Positions 48,213 to 57,871 of a DNA stretch of 61,277 nt are shown here, piece by piece (within the stretch, counting starts at the first letter, position 1; every line of letters begins with the position of its first letter). The stretch spans positions 1 through 61,277 of the forward strand of contig CAZPKN010000003.1 in NCBI GenBank assembly GCA_964587195.1. The letters are read 5' to 3'. This DNA is from an uncultured Gammaproteobacteria bacterium (lineage in GTDB: Bacteria; Patescibacteriota; Patescibacteriia; Patescibacteriales; UBA12465). Both the position numbers and the translations under genes were made by a program. The notes beneath the pieces are model-generated. The model did not search any database. It was given only the letters and a program-made list of their open reading frames with translations, and was not told the DNA's origin.

Positions 48213-49076
48213 ATGAAAAAGAATTTATTAATTGGTTTCATTGGTCAGGGATTCATTGGTAAAAACATGGCAGATGATTTTTCTGATCGTGGATATCAAG
48301 TTGTTCGCTACGATAAAAATCATAACTCCAGCAACAGAGATAAAATAAAAGAATGTGATTTTGTTTTTATAGCCGTACCGACTCCTTCAACCCCGGATGG
48401 TTTTGATGATAGTATTTTACAGGAAGTTCTGGCTTTAGTAGGAGAGGATAAAACTGCCATTATTAAATCAACGATTAAAATTGGCACTACGGAAAAATTA
48501 CAAAAATTATATCCTAACAAATATATTTTACATTCCCCAGAATTTTTGACAGAAAAAAACGCCGCTAATGATACTAAATTTCCCCCTCGAAATGTCATAG
48601 GTTTTACTGAAAAATCTAAAGATAAATCTCAGGATGTTTTAAATCTTTTACCACCAGCACAACATAATTTCATAGTTGAGAGTAAAGAGGCGGAATTAGT
48701 AAAATACATGGGCAATAATTTTTTATTTCTTAAGGTTATTTTTGCTAATTTAATTTATAGTCTAGCTGATAAAAAAGGTGTTGATTATCAAAAAGTTGCA
48801 GAAATTGTTGGCTTTGATCCAAGAATTGGACATAGTCATTTACAGATTAATCATCAAAGCGGTCACAGCAATAAAGCGGGAAGAGGAGCTGGTGGGCATT
48901 GTTTTATTAAAGATATGGCAGCTCTAGTAGAAATGTTTAAAGAAGATGATTTAAATAATAAAGCAGACCACTTGGCGGTCGAGGTTTTAGAAAAAGTGGT
49001 TGATTTTAATAAACAATTATTAATAGATAGCAATAAAGACTTAGATTTATTGCAAGGAGTATATGGAAATGAATAA
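48213..49076 (+). CDS. UDP-glucose/GDP-mannose dehydrogenase family protein, lacking the C-terminal domain
   Basis: GFIGQGFIG, IKSTI, HSPEFL, AELVKY and GAGGHCFIKD motifs; only ~287 aa. Confidence 0.85.
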   Translation: MKKNLLIGFIGQGFIGKNMADDFSDRGYQVVRYDKNHNSSNRDKIKECDFVFIAVPTPSTPDGFDDSILQEVLALVGEDKTAIIKSTIKIGTTEKLQKLYPNKYILHSPEFLTEKNAANDTKFPPRNVIGFTEKSKDKSQDVLNLLPPAQHNFIVESKEAELVKYMGNNFLFLKVIFANLIYSLADKKGVDYQKVAEIVGFDPRIGHSHLQINHQSGHSNKAGRGAGGHCFIKDMAALVEMFKEDDLNNKADHLAVEVLEKVVDFNKQLLIDSNKDLDLLQGVYGNE

Positions 49077-50037
49077 TAAAAAAACAATTTTAGTTACCGG
49101 TTCGGCTGGTTTTATCGGTTTTCACACGGCTAAAAGACTGTTGGAAGACGGCAATATTGTAATTGGTGCCGATAACTTCAACGACTACTATAATCCGAGC
49201 CTTAAGGAGGCTAGAAATGCTATTTTAGAGGGTTTTGAGGGCTATAAGCTATATCGGGGAGACCTTAGTGATGAGAACCTAGTAGAGCAGATTTTTACCG
49301 AAAATAAAATAGATCAAGTTTGCCATTTAGCCGCTCAAGCTGGTGTGCGCTATAGTTTAGAAAATCCTAGAGTTTATATTAAATCAAATATCAATGCTTT
49401 TCTTAATATCTTAGAAGCAGCTAGAAATTATAATATTAAAGATTTAGTCTATGCTTCTTCTAGTTCGGTTTATGGCAGTAATCAGAAAGTACCATTTTCA
49501 GTTAATGACTCAGTAGATAATCCAATTTCTTTATATGCAGCCACTAAAAAAGCCGATGAACTTATGGCTCATACGTACTCTCATTTATTTGATATAAATA
49601 CTACCGGTTTACGCTTTTTTACAGTTTTTGGTCCTTATGGTCGCCCTGATATGGCCCTTTTTTTATTTACCCACGCTATTGCAAATGAAGAAGAAATAAA
49701 AGTCTTTAATTTTGGTAAGATGAAACGAGACTTTACCTATATAGATGATATCGTTGATGGTGTATTATTAGCCCTAGAAAAAACTAATGGCTATCAAATA
49801 TTTAACTTAGGCAATAATAAACCAGTTGAGTTAGAATATTTTATAAGTTGTATAGAGAAAGAAATAGGGAAGAGTGCTAAGAAGAAATATATGGAACTAC
49901 AGCCAGGGGATGTTTTAGAAACATTCGCTGATATTGAACATACTAAAGAAGTATTAGGCTGGGAGCCAAAAACAAGCACCGAAGAAGCAATTAAAGCTTT
50001 TATTGGATGGTACAAAGAATACTATGGAGACAAATAA
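49063..50037 (+). CDS. NAD-dependent epimerase, UDP-glucuronate 4-epimerase-like
   Basis: TGSAGFIG, HLAAQAGVRYSLENP, YAATK and YGRPDMA motifs. Confidence 0.9.
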   Translation: MEMNNKKTILVTGSAGFIGFHTAKRLLEDGNIVIGADNFNDYYNPSLKEARNAILEGFEGYKLYRGDLSDENLVEQIFTENKIDQVCHLAAQAGVRYSLENPRVYIKSNINAFLNILEAARNYNIKDLVYASSSSVYGSNQKVPFSVNDSVDNPISLYAATKKADELMAHTYSHLFDINTTGLRFFTVFGPYGRPDMALFLFTHAIANEEEIKVFNFGKMKRDFTYIDDIVDGVLLALEKTNGYQIFNLGNNKPVELEYFISCIEKEIGKSAKKKYMELQPGDVLETFADIEHTKEVLGWEPKTSTEEAIKAFIGWYKEYYGDK

Positions 50038-51151
50038 GAAAAAAAGAATCTTAGTTTTAAATTACGAATTTCCGCCTTTGGGAGGAGGGGCAAGTCCGGT
50101 GAGCTACGAAATTGCAGAGCGTCTGTCAGAAACGGGTGATTTTGATATTGATGTGGTGACTATGGGCTATAAAGATTTACCAAAATATGAAGAAATAAAT
50201 AGTAATTTTAGAATACATAGAGTTAAATGTTTAAGAAATAAAAAAGAGATTTGTCATCCTTGGGAGCAGGCTAGTTATCTATTAAGTGGATATTTTAAAT
50301 GCAAACAATTATTAAAGAAAAGCAAATACGATATTTGTCATTGTCACTTTATTATTCCGACAGGAGTATTAGCAATAAAACTAAAAAATAAATTTGATTT
50401 ACCTTATATTATTACTAGTCATGGGAGCGATGTCTTGGGATATAATGCTAGATTTAAATTATTATATCCTTTTTTAGTAAAAACTTGGAAAAATATTTTA
50501 GATAATGCTAATAAAATAATATCTCCATCTAATTTTCTTAAGACAGAAATATTAAAAGTTTACCCACAATTTAATAATGAAAAAATAGAAGTGATTCCTA
50601 ACGGTTTTGATACTAGTAAATTTAAGCCACAAGAAAAGAAAAAATATATTTTTTCATCTGGCAGATTATTGGTTAACAAAGGTTTTCAATACTTAATTCA
50701 GGCAGTTTCTGATTTTAATATTGATTACGAGGTCCATATTGCTGGTGACGGACCAATGAGGGCAGAGCTACAAAAGTTAGCAGAAAAATCAAAGACAAAA
50801 ATAATTTTTCATGGCTGGCTTGATAATAACGGCCAAGAGTACAAAAATTTATTAGAGCAAGCCGCAATATACGTTTTAGCTTCAGAGAAAGAAAATGCTA
50901 GTATAGCTTTACTAGAAGCTATGAGTGCTGGTTGCACAGTAATCACAACAAATGTATCTGGATGCCCAGAAACAGTTGGAAATGCTGGATTATTAATAAA
51001 TCCTAGATATGCTAATGATTTAAAAATAAAATTGAATACCATTGTTAATGATGAAAATAAGTTAATTGAACTGCAGAAAAAAGCACAAGATAGAGTAAAA
51101 AATATTTACGACTGGAATATTGTTTTAAAAGAATTTATAAAAGTATTATGA
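50024..51151 (+). CDS. GT4 glycosyltransferase
   Basis: EFPPLGGGA, SHGSD, GDGP and ALLEAMSAG motifs. Confidence 0.9.
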   Translation: METNKKKRILVLNYEFPPLGGGASPVSYEIAERLSETGDFDIDVVTMGYKDLPKYEEINSNFRIHRVKCLRNKKEICHPWEQASYLLSGYFKCKQLLKKSKYDICHCHFIIPTGVLAIKLKNKFDLPYIITSHGSDVLGYNARFKLLYPFLVKTWKNILDNANKIISPSNFLKTEILKVYPQFNNEKIEVIPNGFDTSKFKPQEKKKYIFSSGRLLVNKGFQYLIQAVSDFNIDYEVHIAGDGPMRAELQKLAEKSKTKIIFHGWLDNNGQEYKNLLEQAAIYVLASEKENASIALLEAMSAGCTVITTNVSGCPETVGNAGLLINPRYANDLKIKLNTIVNDENKLIELQKKAQDRVKNIYDWNIVLKEFIKVL

Positions 51152-52245
51152 GCAAAGAAATAAAAATTTTACATATAATAGATTCCCTTGGACTTGGTGG
51201 CGCCCAAACTATTGTTAAAGGTATTTTTGAATATCAATTAAATAACCAAAATATATTTTTATTTGCATTAAGAAATAGAAATATTTTAATAGAAGTTAAG
51301 CACACTAATGTTCAGATCTTTAATTCATCTAAAAAATATTCTTTTAGACCTCTTTTTGCGTTAAAAGATCTAATTAAACGTGAAGAAATTACAATTTTAC
51401 ATTGCCATCTTTTTAAATCTCAGATTTTTGGCTTTCTTTTAAAAAAAATATGGTTTAAGAATGTGAAATTAATATTTCATGAACATGGTGAGATATTCCA
51501 AGGTTATATCACGTATAATTTATTTATGAGAGATGTCAAAAGTACTATAAATAAAATTATTGCCGTATCTAATGCCACAAAAGAAAAATTAATAGCTAAG
51601 GCCGGCATAGAAGAAAATAAGATAACCGTTTTATCAAATTTTGTTGATTTAAATAAATTTAATAGGAAAAATATTACTTGGAATATGGAAGGGGAAAGAG
51701 AAAAATTAGGTATTAAAAAGGGTGAATATGTAATAGGTTTTGTTGGCAGACTTGCAAAAGTTAAGGGTTGTGAGTATTTGTTGAAAGCGCTACCTTATTT
51801 AAACTTTTCCTATAAGGTTTTAATTGCTGGTGATGGCCCAGAAAGAAAAAAGCTTGAAAAATTGGCAGTAGAATTAAAAATTACTGAAAGAATTATATTT
51901 TTAGGTTATAGAAGTGATACGGTCTTTATTTATTCCTTGTTAGATGTTTTAATTATGCCCTCTTTGAGCGAGTCTTTCGGTTTGTCTGTTATTGAAGCAC
52001 AGTCTATGGGCACTCCAGTTATATCGTCTAATATTCCTGCATTAAATGAAATTATTATTAATAACGAAAACGGCTTGATGTTTGAGGTTAAAAAATCTCT
52101 AGATCTTTCTCTGAAGATAGAGCTGATGTATAAGGATGAAAAAGCTAGAAATAGGTTTACAAAAAATGGATTAGAAAGTGTCAAAAAGTATGATTTAGAA
52201 AATTATATTAATAATTTGAATAAAATTTATGAAGATATTAAATAA
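51148..52245 (+). CDS. GT4 glycosyltransferase
   Basis: LGLGGAQ, VGRL, GYRSD and ESFGLSVIEA motifs. Confidence 0.92.
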   Translation: MSKEIKILHIIDSLGLGGAQTIVKGIFEYQLNNQNIFLFALRNRNILIEVKHTNVQIFNSSKKYSFRPLFALKDLIKREEITILHCHLFKSQIFGFLLKKIWFKNVKLIFHEHGEIFQGYITYNLFMRDVKSTINKIIAVSNATKEKLIAKAGIEENKITVLSNFVDLNKFNRKNITWNMEGEREKLGIKKGEYVIGFVGRLAKVKGCEYLLKALPYLNFSYKVLIAGDGPERKKLEKLAVELKITERIIFLGYRSDTVFIYSLLDVLIMPSLSESFGLSVIEAQSMGTPVISSNIPALNEIIINNENGLMFEVKKSLDLSLKIELMYKDEKARNRFTKNGLESVKKYDLENYINNLNKIYEDIK

Positions 52246-53050
52246 TATTAAACATAATCAGATACAACACGACAAATTAGCTTCAACTTATAATATTAAA
52301 CATTCCGAAATTTATAATATATACGAACAAAGTAGGTTAAAAAAAAGTATAGATTTTTGTATCAAATCTGTAAATTCTAATTCTTCAGTAAAGGTTTTAG
52401 ATTTTGGCGCTGGAACTGGAAATCTTTCCCATATATTTCTGGAAAAAGGTTGCACTGTTACTGCCTGTGATGTATCGCAAAAGTCTCTAAATATTCTAAA
52501 AGATAAATTGCCTTCTAATAATCTTGATACTGTTTTATACAACGGTCTTAAATTGCCGTTTGAGGATAATACTTTTGATATTACTGCAACGTATTCAGTT
52601 TTACATCATATACCTAATTATATAAGTGCCGTAAAGGAAATGATTAGAGTCACAAAGAAAGGTGGATTGATTTGTATTGATCATGAAGCAAATGAAAATA
52701 AATGGAATCCATCAATTGAATTAATAGAGTATAATAATTTAACTAAACAAACTATATTTGAACATATTACAAAATTATTAATTGCCAAGGAATTATTAAC
52801 CTTTGATTTTATTAAAACTGTTTTTATCAAATTTTTTATAAATAAAAAATATCAAAGAGAAGGTGATATTCATGTTTGGAGGGATGATCATGTAGAATGG
52901 AAAAAGGTTAATGAGCTTATTAAAAAAGAAAAATGTGAGATTTTTAAGGAAGAAGATTATTTAATGTATAAACCCAAGGGAGGATTAGAAATATATGAAA
53001 AATATAGTAAGTTAACAAATGATACTAAATTAATTGTAATAAAGAAATGA
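52229..53050 (+). CDS. Class I SAM-dependent methyltransferase
   Basis: VLDFGAGTG, LPFEDNTFD and SVLHH motifs. Confidence 0.9.
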   Translation: MKILNNIKHNQIQHDKLASTYNIKHSEIYNIYEQSRLKKSIDFCIKSVNSNSSVKVLDFGAGTGNLSHIFLEKGCTVTACDVSQKSLNILKDKLPSNNLDTVLYNGLKLPFEDNTFDITATYSVLHHIPNYISAVKEMIRVTKKGGLICIDHEANENKWNPSIELIEYNNLTKQTIFEHITKLLIAKELLTFDFIKTVFIKFFINKKYQREGDIHVWRDDHVEWKKVNELIKKEKCEIFKEEDYLMYKPKGGLEIYEKYSKLTNDTKLIVIKK

Positions 53051-53988
53051 AAAAAATAATTATTACTTTAACTAAAACAATAATAGCAATATCGCTATTA
53101 GGATATTTGTTTTCACTAGTTGATTGGGATACTTTTTTAAGTGCAATTAAAAATGCTAATATTTTTTATATTTTAGTTTCTGCCTTTATGGCATATTTTG
53201 GTATTTATATTAGTATATTAAAATGGAGTATTTTTTTAAAAAATTATGGAATTGTTATTTCTAAATTAAAACTTTATTCTATTTATTCAATAAGCGCTTT
53301 TTTTAATAATTTTTTACCAACTACTGTAGGAGGTGATTTTTATAGAATTATTAGTTTAAATAAACAAATTCCAGTCAAGAAGAAAGAAATTATTTCATCT
53401 ATTATTTTAGAAAGAGGATTTGGTTTTTTGTCTTTATTCCCAATTAACTTTTTATTAGCACCTTTTTATTATAAATTTTTATTAAATAAGAGCTTTCTAT
53501 TAATTCAGGTGCTTATTGTAATAGGTTTTATTTCAATAATTTTTTTAATTTTTAAATATAATTTACTAATTAGATTAAAAAATAAACTAATAAAAAAAGA
53601 ATTTATTATATTAAACAAATTTCATAGCTTAGTTATTTCTATTTCAAATATAAAGAGTAAAAAAACGTTGATATACGGATTCTTGAACTCAATTGTTTTT
53701 TGTTTGACTATTGCTACTGCGAGATATATTTTATTTTTAGCATTCAATATTCAAGTAGATTTTTTTTATATATTGCTAGTTAGTTCTATAGCGCAAATTA
53801 TAGGAATACTTCCAATATCTCTTAACTCAATAGGTGTAAATGAAGGATTGAGCGTTTTTTTATTCAGTCTCGTTGGCGTTCCTATAGAAATATCTTTAGT
53901 TGTCGCATTAGTTGGAAGAGTATCTCTAATAGCGACTAGTTCTCTGGGGGGATTATTTTATTTTTTTGATAATAAAATTAAATTTTAA
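53047..53988 (+). CDS. Flippase-like membrane protein (LPG synthase TM / UPF0104 family)
   Basis: FFNNFLPTTVGGD and LPISLNSIGVNE motifs; multi-TM. Confidence 0.85.
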   Translation: MKKIIITLTKTIIAISLLGYLFSLVDWDTFLSAIKNANIFYILVSAFMAYFGIYISILKWSIFLKNYGIVISKLKLYSIYSISAFFNNFLPTTVGGDFYRIISLNKQIPVKKKEIISSIILERGFGFLSLFPINFLLAPFYYKFLLNKSFLLIQVLIVIGFISIIFLIFKYNLLIRLKNKLIKKEFIILNKFHSLVISISNIKSKKTLIYGFLNSIVFCLTIATARYILFLAFNIQVDFFYILLVSSIAQIIGILPISLNSIGVNEGLSVFLFSLVGVPIEISLVVALVGRVSLIATSSLGGLFYFFDNKIKF

Positions 53989-53999
53989 AAAATATTTGC

Positions 54000-56180
54000 T
54001 TAATTTAACCTTATTAACGTTAAAATAGGGTAAATATTTAATTTAGATTTTTGGTCATTAAATAAATTTTTCTTTGGATAAAATTGTTGAACTATTTCTC
54101 CATTTTCAATTATACTTCTTAGAACAGGATTAGAGTCTTTATGTTTATAGGAGTCATAGGTCAAAATAGCATATACATTTTTTTCTTTTAATAAAATATT
54201 GTCAAGATGATCATCATTCATTATGACAGGAGATCCGGTATAAATATCCCAATCTTGATTCTCTTCTATTATATATTTATTGTTATTCCATGCTATATAG
54301 TTCTTAAAAAAATCAATCTGATCTTCAGTGTAATTGTATTTTGGGTATTGAAAAGATCCATTAGAACTAATAATCTCTGTGTCCCTTAGATGATATTTAG
54401 CCTTATAAATTCTAGAAAAATTAAATAGTTTGCCAACCAAAGGATATTCTATAATAACCGTGCTTTCTTTAGGTATATATGCTACTAAATTATTCCACGG
54501 AACCGATGCTTCTATGGTCCACCCAAGATAGCCAGTTTTCATTAAATTTAAGTTATATAAATTGCTAATAATAAATACTATGAATATAAAATAAAATATT
54601 ATTTTAGATACTTGAAGTCTAACGAAATAAAAGCCATAAGCCATAATCGCTACCAACATAAAACTAATGGGAAATAGATATCTTACGTCAAGTATGTTTT
54701 TACCAAAAACGTAACCCAATAAAATTATTAAACCGACAATCCACGCCAATAATATTTTTAAAAATTTATCTTTTTTAAATAAATTAATAATTGTTATTAG
54801 TATAATAATTATTAATCCAATATTTTTTTGATAATAAAAAATGTTTATAATATTTTGCAGATGATTACTTAATTTAAATGTGATATTTCTTATAATAAAA
54901 TTATAAATTGAATTATCATAAAATATTATGTAAACTAGAAATAGAGATAGTATTAACAACAATGAAATAGTAATATAAAAAACATTTTTTCGGTCTCTAA
55001 TTAGTTTATTGAATACTAGCATTGAATAAAGAAGTATTAACGAGAAGAGTCCAATATTGTGTCCAATAAAGATATTTGAGAAAGTTATTAATAGAAACAG
55101 TAAAGAGCTGATTAAAAAATCCTTCAAATTATTAGATTCGTATATTTTTTTACCTATTAAAATGCCCGTTATTAGGATGATTGCAGAAATAACATATTCT
55201 CTCGCTATCATGGAATATAATATAAAATACCAATTAAGCCCAAATAAAAAAACCCCTAACAATGCTATTTTTTTTAGTTTAAATATATTTTTTATCAATA
55301 TATATATTAAAAAGGATAGTAATATTTTTAGTACTACATTAAAAAATCTTAATTGATAAAAAATATCATCAAAAATTCTATAAAAAAAAGACTCTATCAA
55401 TGAATATACTATATTTCGATTATATGCTATTCCCGTACTTGTTTCGCCATAAAATTTCTGGTGATCTATAATATTTGAAACAGATAAATTCGTGTAGGCC
55501 TCATCTATATGGAATGGTACTTTATTTATAAAATATAGAGTTAAAATTGAAGACATTATTATAATAATGAGTAACAAAAAACTATAAATCACGCCTTCCT
55601 TGTAAAAAAAACATACCATTTTTTTTATAATAGGAATCTTATTTATCCTTGGAAACTTATCGGCAAATTCAGTTTTTCTTTTATCCTCAGCTATTTGTTC
55701 AGTTATTTGTTCTCGGTCTATCTCTTTTTCCACCCTCTCTCTATTATGCCAAAAAGTTAAGCCACCACTTAAAATCGCTAGTACTGTTATAATAACTTGA
55801 TATTTATTTATCCAAGCTAAATCAATAAACTTTTCTAAATAACTAAATTGCCCCAGCGCTATTATCAGCAAAAGAAAAAGAAAAAGATAGGAAATAATAT
55901 CCCACCTTTTTTCAACAATGAAATTTAAAACATTAATTAATATCTTTTTTGTCTGACCGTGAAATGGCCATTTGATATTTAGAATAAAACCTTTTATTTT
56001 TATAATTATGTCCCTCTCAAAGTTAACAAAATAAAATATCGCTAGAAATATAGCTAGGGAATTAGTAATTACCGTAAAAGCATCTTGTATATTTTGGCCA
56101 ATATTAAATAGACAAAAAATAGCTACTATTAATAATAATATTGATATTCCGTATTGTTTTATAACTCTTATCATAATCAT
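54000..56180 (-). CDS. GT-C fold glycosyltransferase (ArnT/PMT-like) with extra N-terminal TM region
   Basis: FHIDEAY, FGLNWYFILYSMIAREY and RYLFP motifs; start coupled to the upstream stop (TAATG). Confidence 0.8.
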   Translation of the reverse strand: MIMIRVIKQYGISILLLIVAIFCLFNIGQNIQDAFTVITNSLAIFLAIFYFVNFERDIIIKIKGFILNIKWPFHGQTKKILINVLNFIVEKRWDIISYLFLFLLLIIALGQFSYLEKFIDLAWINKYQVIITVLAILSGGLTFWHNRERVEKEIDREQITEQIAEDKRKTEFADKFPRINKIPIIKKMVCFFYKEGVIYSFLLLIIIIMSSILTLYFINKVPFHIDEAYTNLSVSNIIDHQKFYGETSTGIAYNRNIVYSLIESFFYRIFDDIFYQLRFFNVVLKILLSFLIYILIKNIFKLKKIALLGVFLFGLNWYFILYSMIAREYVISAIILITGILIGKKIYESNNLKDFLISSLLFLLITFSNIFIGHNIGLFSLILLYSMLVFNKLIRDRKNVFYITISLLLILSLFLVYIIFYDNSIYNFIIRNITFKLSNHLQNIINIFYYQKNIGLIIIILITIINLFKKDKFLKILLAWIVGLIILLGYVFGKNILDVRYLFPISFMLVAIMAYGFYFVRLQVSKIIFYFIFIVFIISNLYNLNLMKTGYLGWTIEASVPWNNLVAYIPKESTVIIEYPLVGKLFNFSRIYKAKYHLRDTEIISSNGSFQYPKYNYTEDQIDFFKNYIAWNNNKYIIEENQDWDIYTGSPVIMNDDHLDNILLKEKNVYAILTYDSYKHKDSNPVLRSIIENGEIVQQFYPKKNLFNDQKSKLNIYPILTLIRLN

Positions 56181-57664
56181 TAAAAAGCAAATACCCAAAT
56201 AGGATCTTGTTGCCCGGTTTTATTATAAAAAATTAATTTTTGTTGATTAATTAAATCATTAATCTCTCTATCTAACCTAATTCCAGTCATATTGTCAACT
56301 ATAATATAGCCAGTCTTTGTTTCTGTTAACTCTTTTAACTGCTCCGCAGTTTTAATAGTAATAGCATTATTATAATATTCTCTTTCGGCCAACTTGCTTT
56401 TATTTAATTTGCGTCCATCTAAGCCAATTGCTAGCCAATAATCACTTCTGCCTAAATAGACTTTATCAAGTTGTGTAAAAGCAGAAACAATTACCTTATC
56501 TTCGCTCCAACCCTGATCTGCAATCGCTTGATAGGCACTTTTGAAATCTGGTTGAGGAGTATGAGGCTCTAAGTAATAATAAGTAATCGGTTTTAAAACA
56601 AAAGTATTGGTCTGTAAATAATTAGAAGCAGTAATTACTAAGATTAAAATACCTAAACCAAGTAGCCAGGAATATTTAAATTTTTTGCTTACTATATTAA
56701 TTACATAAGCTGTTAGGATAAATAGGATGGGTAGGATGAAAAATAAATAACGAAAATGTAAAGTATCAGCGCTAAAAGTTATTATTAAATAGGGAAGTAA
56801 ATAAGCAACAATTAGACCAATTTTGGTTTTTATGTTTTTTTCTTTTAAAACTATAATAACTGTCCCCGCTAAAGCCATAACTACAATTAGGGGTAAATAA
56901 TCAATTAGAAAATTCTGATAATTATGACCAATAAAAAAATTATTAGTGCTAGCTTTTCTAAAAAAGTCTAAAAATAATTTAACTAATAGAGAGATTATTC
57001 CTAAGCCGCTTAAAGCAATTACTATTAATTTGTTTTTGTCTTGAATTATTTTTCGCAACTCTTCTTTTTTAGTATTAAATAAATTAATGAGTAGTATAAG
57101 GGCATAAATACCAATTAATAAATAACCAAAATAATGGCTTAAAATAGCCGCTAAGGTAACTAGTACCAATAAGACTAGTTTTTTATAGGAAAATTTATTG
57201 AGCAGGGAATTAAAAAGGTAGAGAGCGAGAAGAAAGAAGAACTGTAGTTGGATATACATTCTCGCCTGCCTGCTCCAGGCTATTTCCCAATAAGATAAAG
57301 TGGTTAAAATAGCGGCGAAGAAGCCTACTTGTTTATTAAAATATTGACGCCCTAAGAAATAAATCATTAATATAACCCCGATTCCAAAAATGACTGCCGG
57401 TAATCTTGTGGCTATTGGATTAAAACCGCCTAGCTTAACCGCCCCAGTAATTAAATAATTATTAAGAAGATAATGAGGTCCATAAATTTTGTCTGAGTCA
57501 AGTATGGGGTAGCCTTTTTCTAGAGTGCTCAACACTGCATTTAAGGTATAGCCTTCGTCTATCCAGTAAGACTGTTGGTCAATTTTATAGAATCGCAAAA
57601 ACAAACCATAAATAATAATTATAGAAAAAAAAGAAAATATTAAAATTTTATGATATTTTTGCAT
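56180..57664 (-). CDS. GT-C fold glycosyltransferase (ArnT/PMT-like)
   Basis: SYWIDEGYT, RLPAVIFG, SRQARMY and RYLFF motifs; ~11 TM segments. Confidence 0.85.
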   Translation of the reverse strand: MQKYHKILIFSFFSIIIIYGLFLRFYKIDQQSYWIDEGYTLNAVLSTLEKGYPILDSDKIYGPHYLLNNYLITGAVKLGGFNPIATRLPAVIFGIGVILMIYFLGRQYFNKQVGFFAAILTTLSYWEIAWSRQARMYIQLQFFFLLALYLFNSLLNKFSYKKLVLLVLVTLAAILSHYFGYLLIGIYALILLINLFNTKKEELRKIIQDKNKLIVIALSGLGIISLLVKLFLDFFRKASTNNFFIGHNYQNFLIDYLPLIVVMALAGTVIIVLKEKNIKTKIGLIVAYLLPYLIITFSADTLHFRYLFFILPILFILTAYVINIVSKKFKYSWLLGLGILILVITASNYLQTNTFVLKPITYYYLEPHTPQPDFKSAYQAIADQGWSEDKVIVSAFTQLDKVYLGRSDYWLAIGLDGRKLNKSKLAEREYYNNAITIKTAEQLKELTETKTGYIIVDNMTGIRLDREINDLINQQKLIFYNKTGQQDPIWVFAF

Positions 57665-57871
57665 GTGGATAACTTTTTACTTATTAATATTTTATCATAT
57701 TTTTAGCCAAAATATAAGGGTATTTTAAATAATTTAAAAAATATGAAAAATAACCTTGTTTTTTATCATTTATAGTATTATAATAAATATATTAAATAGT
57801 AAATAGAGCTAATTTAATTTTGCTGTATTTGCTGCAAAAATTTTAAAATATTTTATAATTAATTTGAGTCT

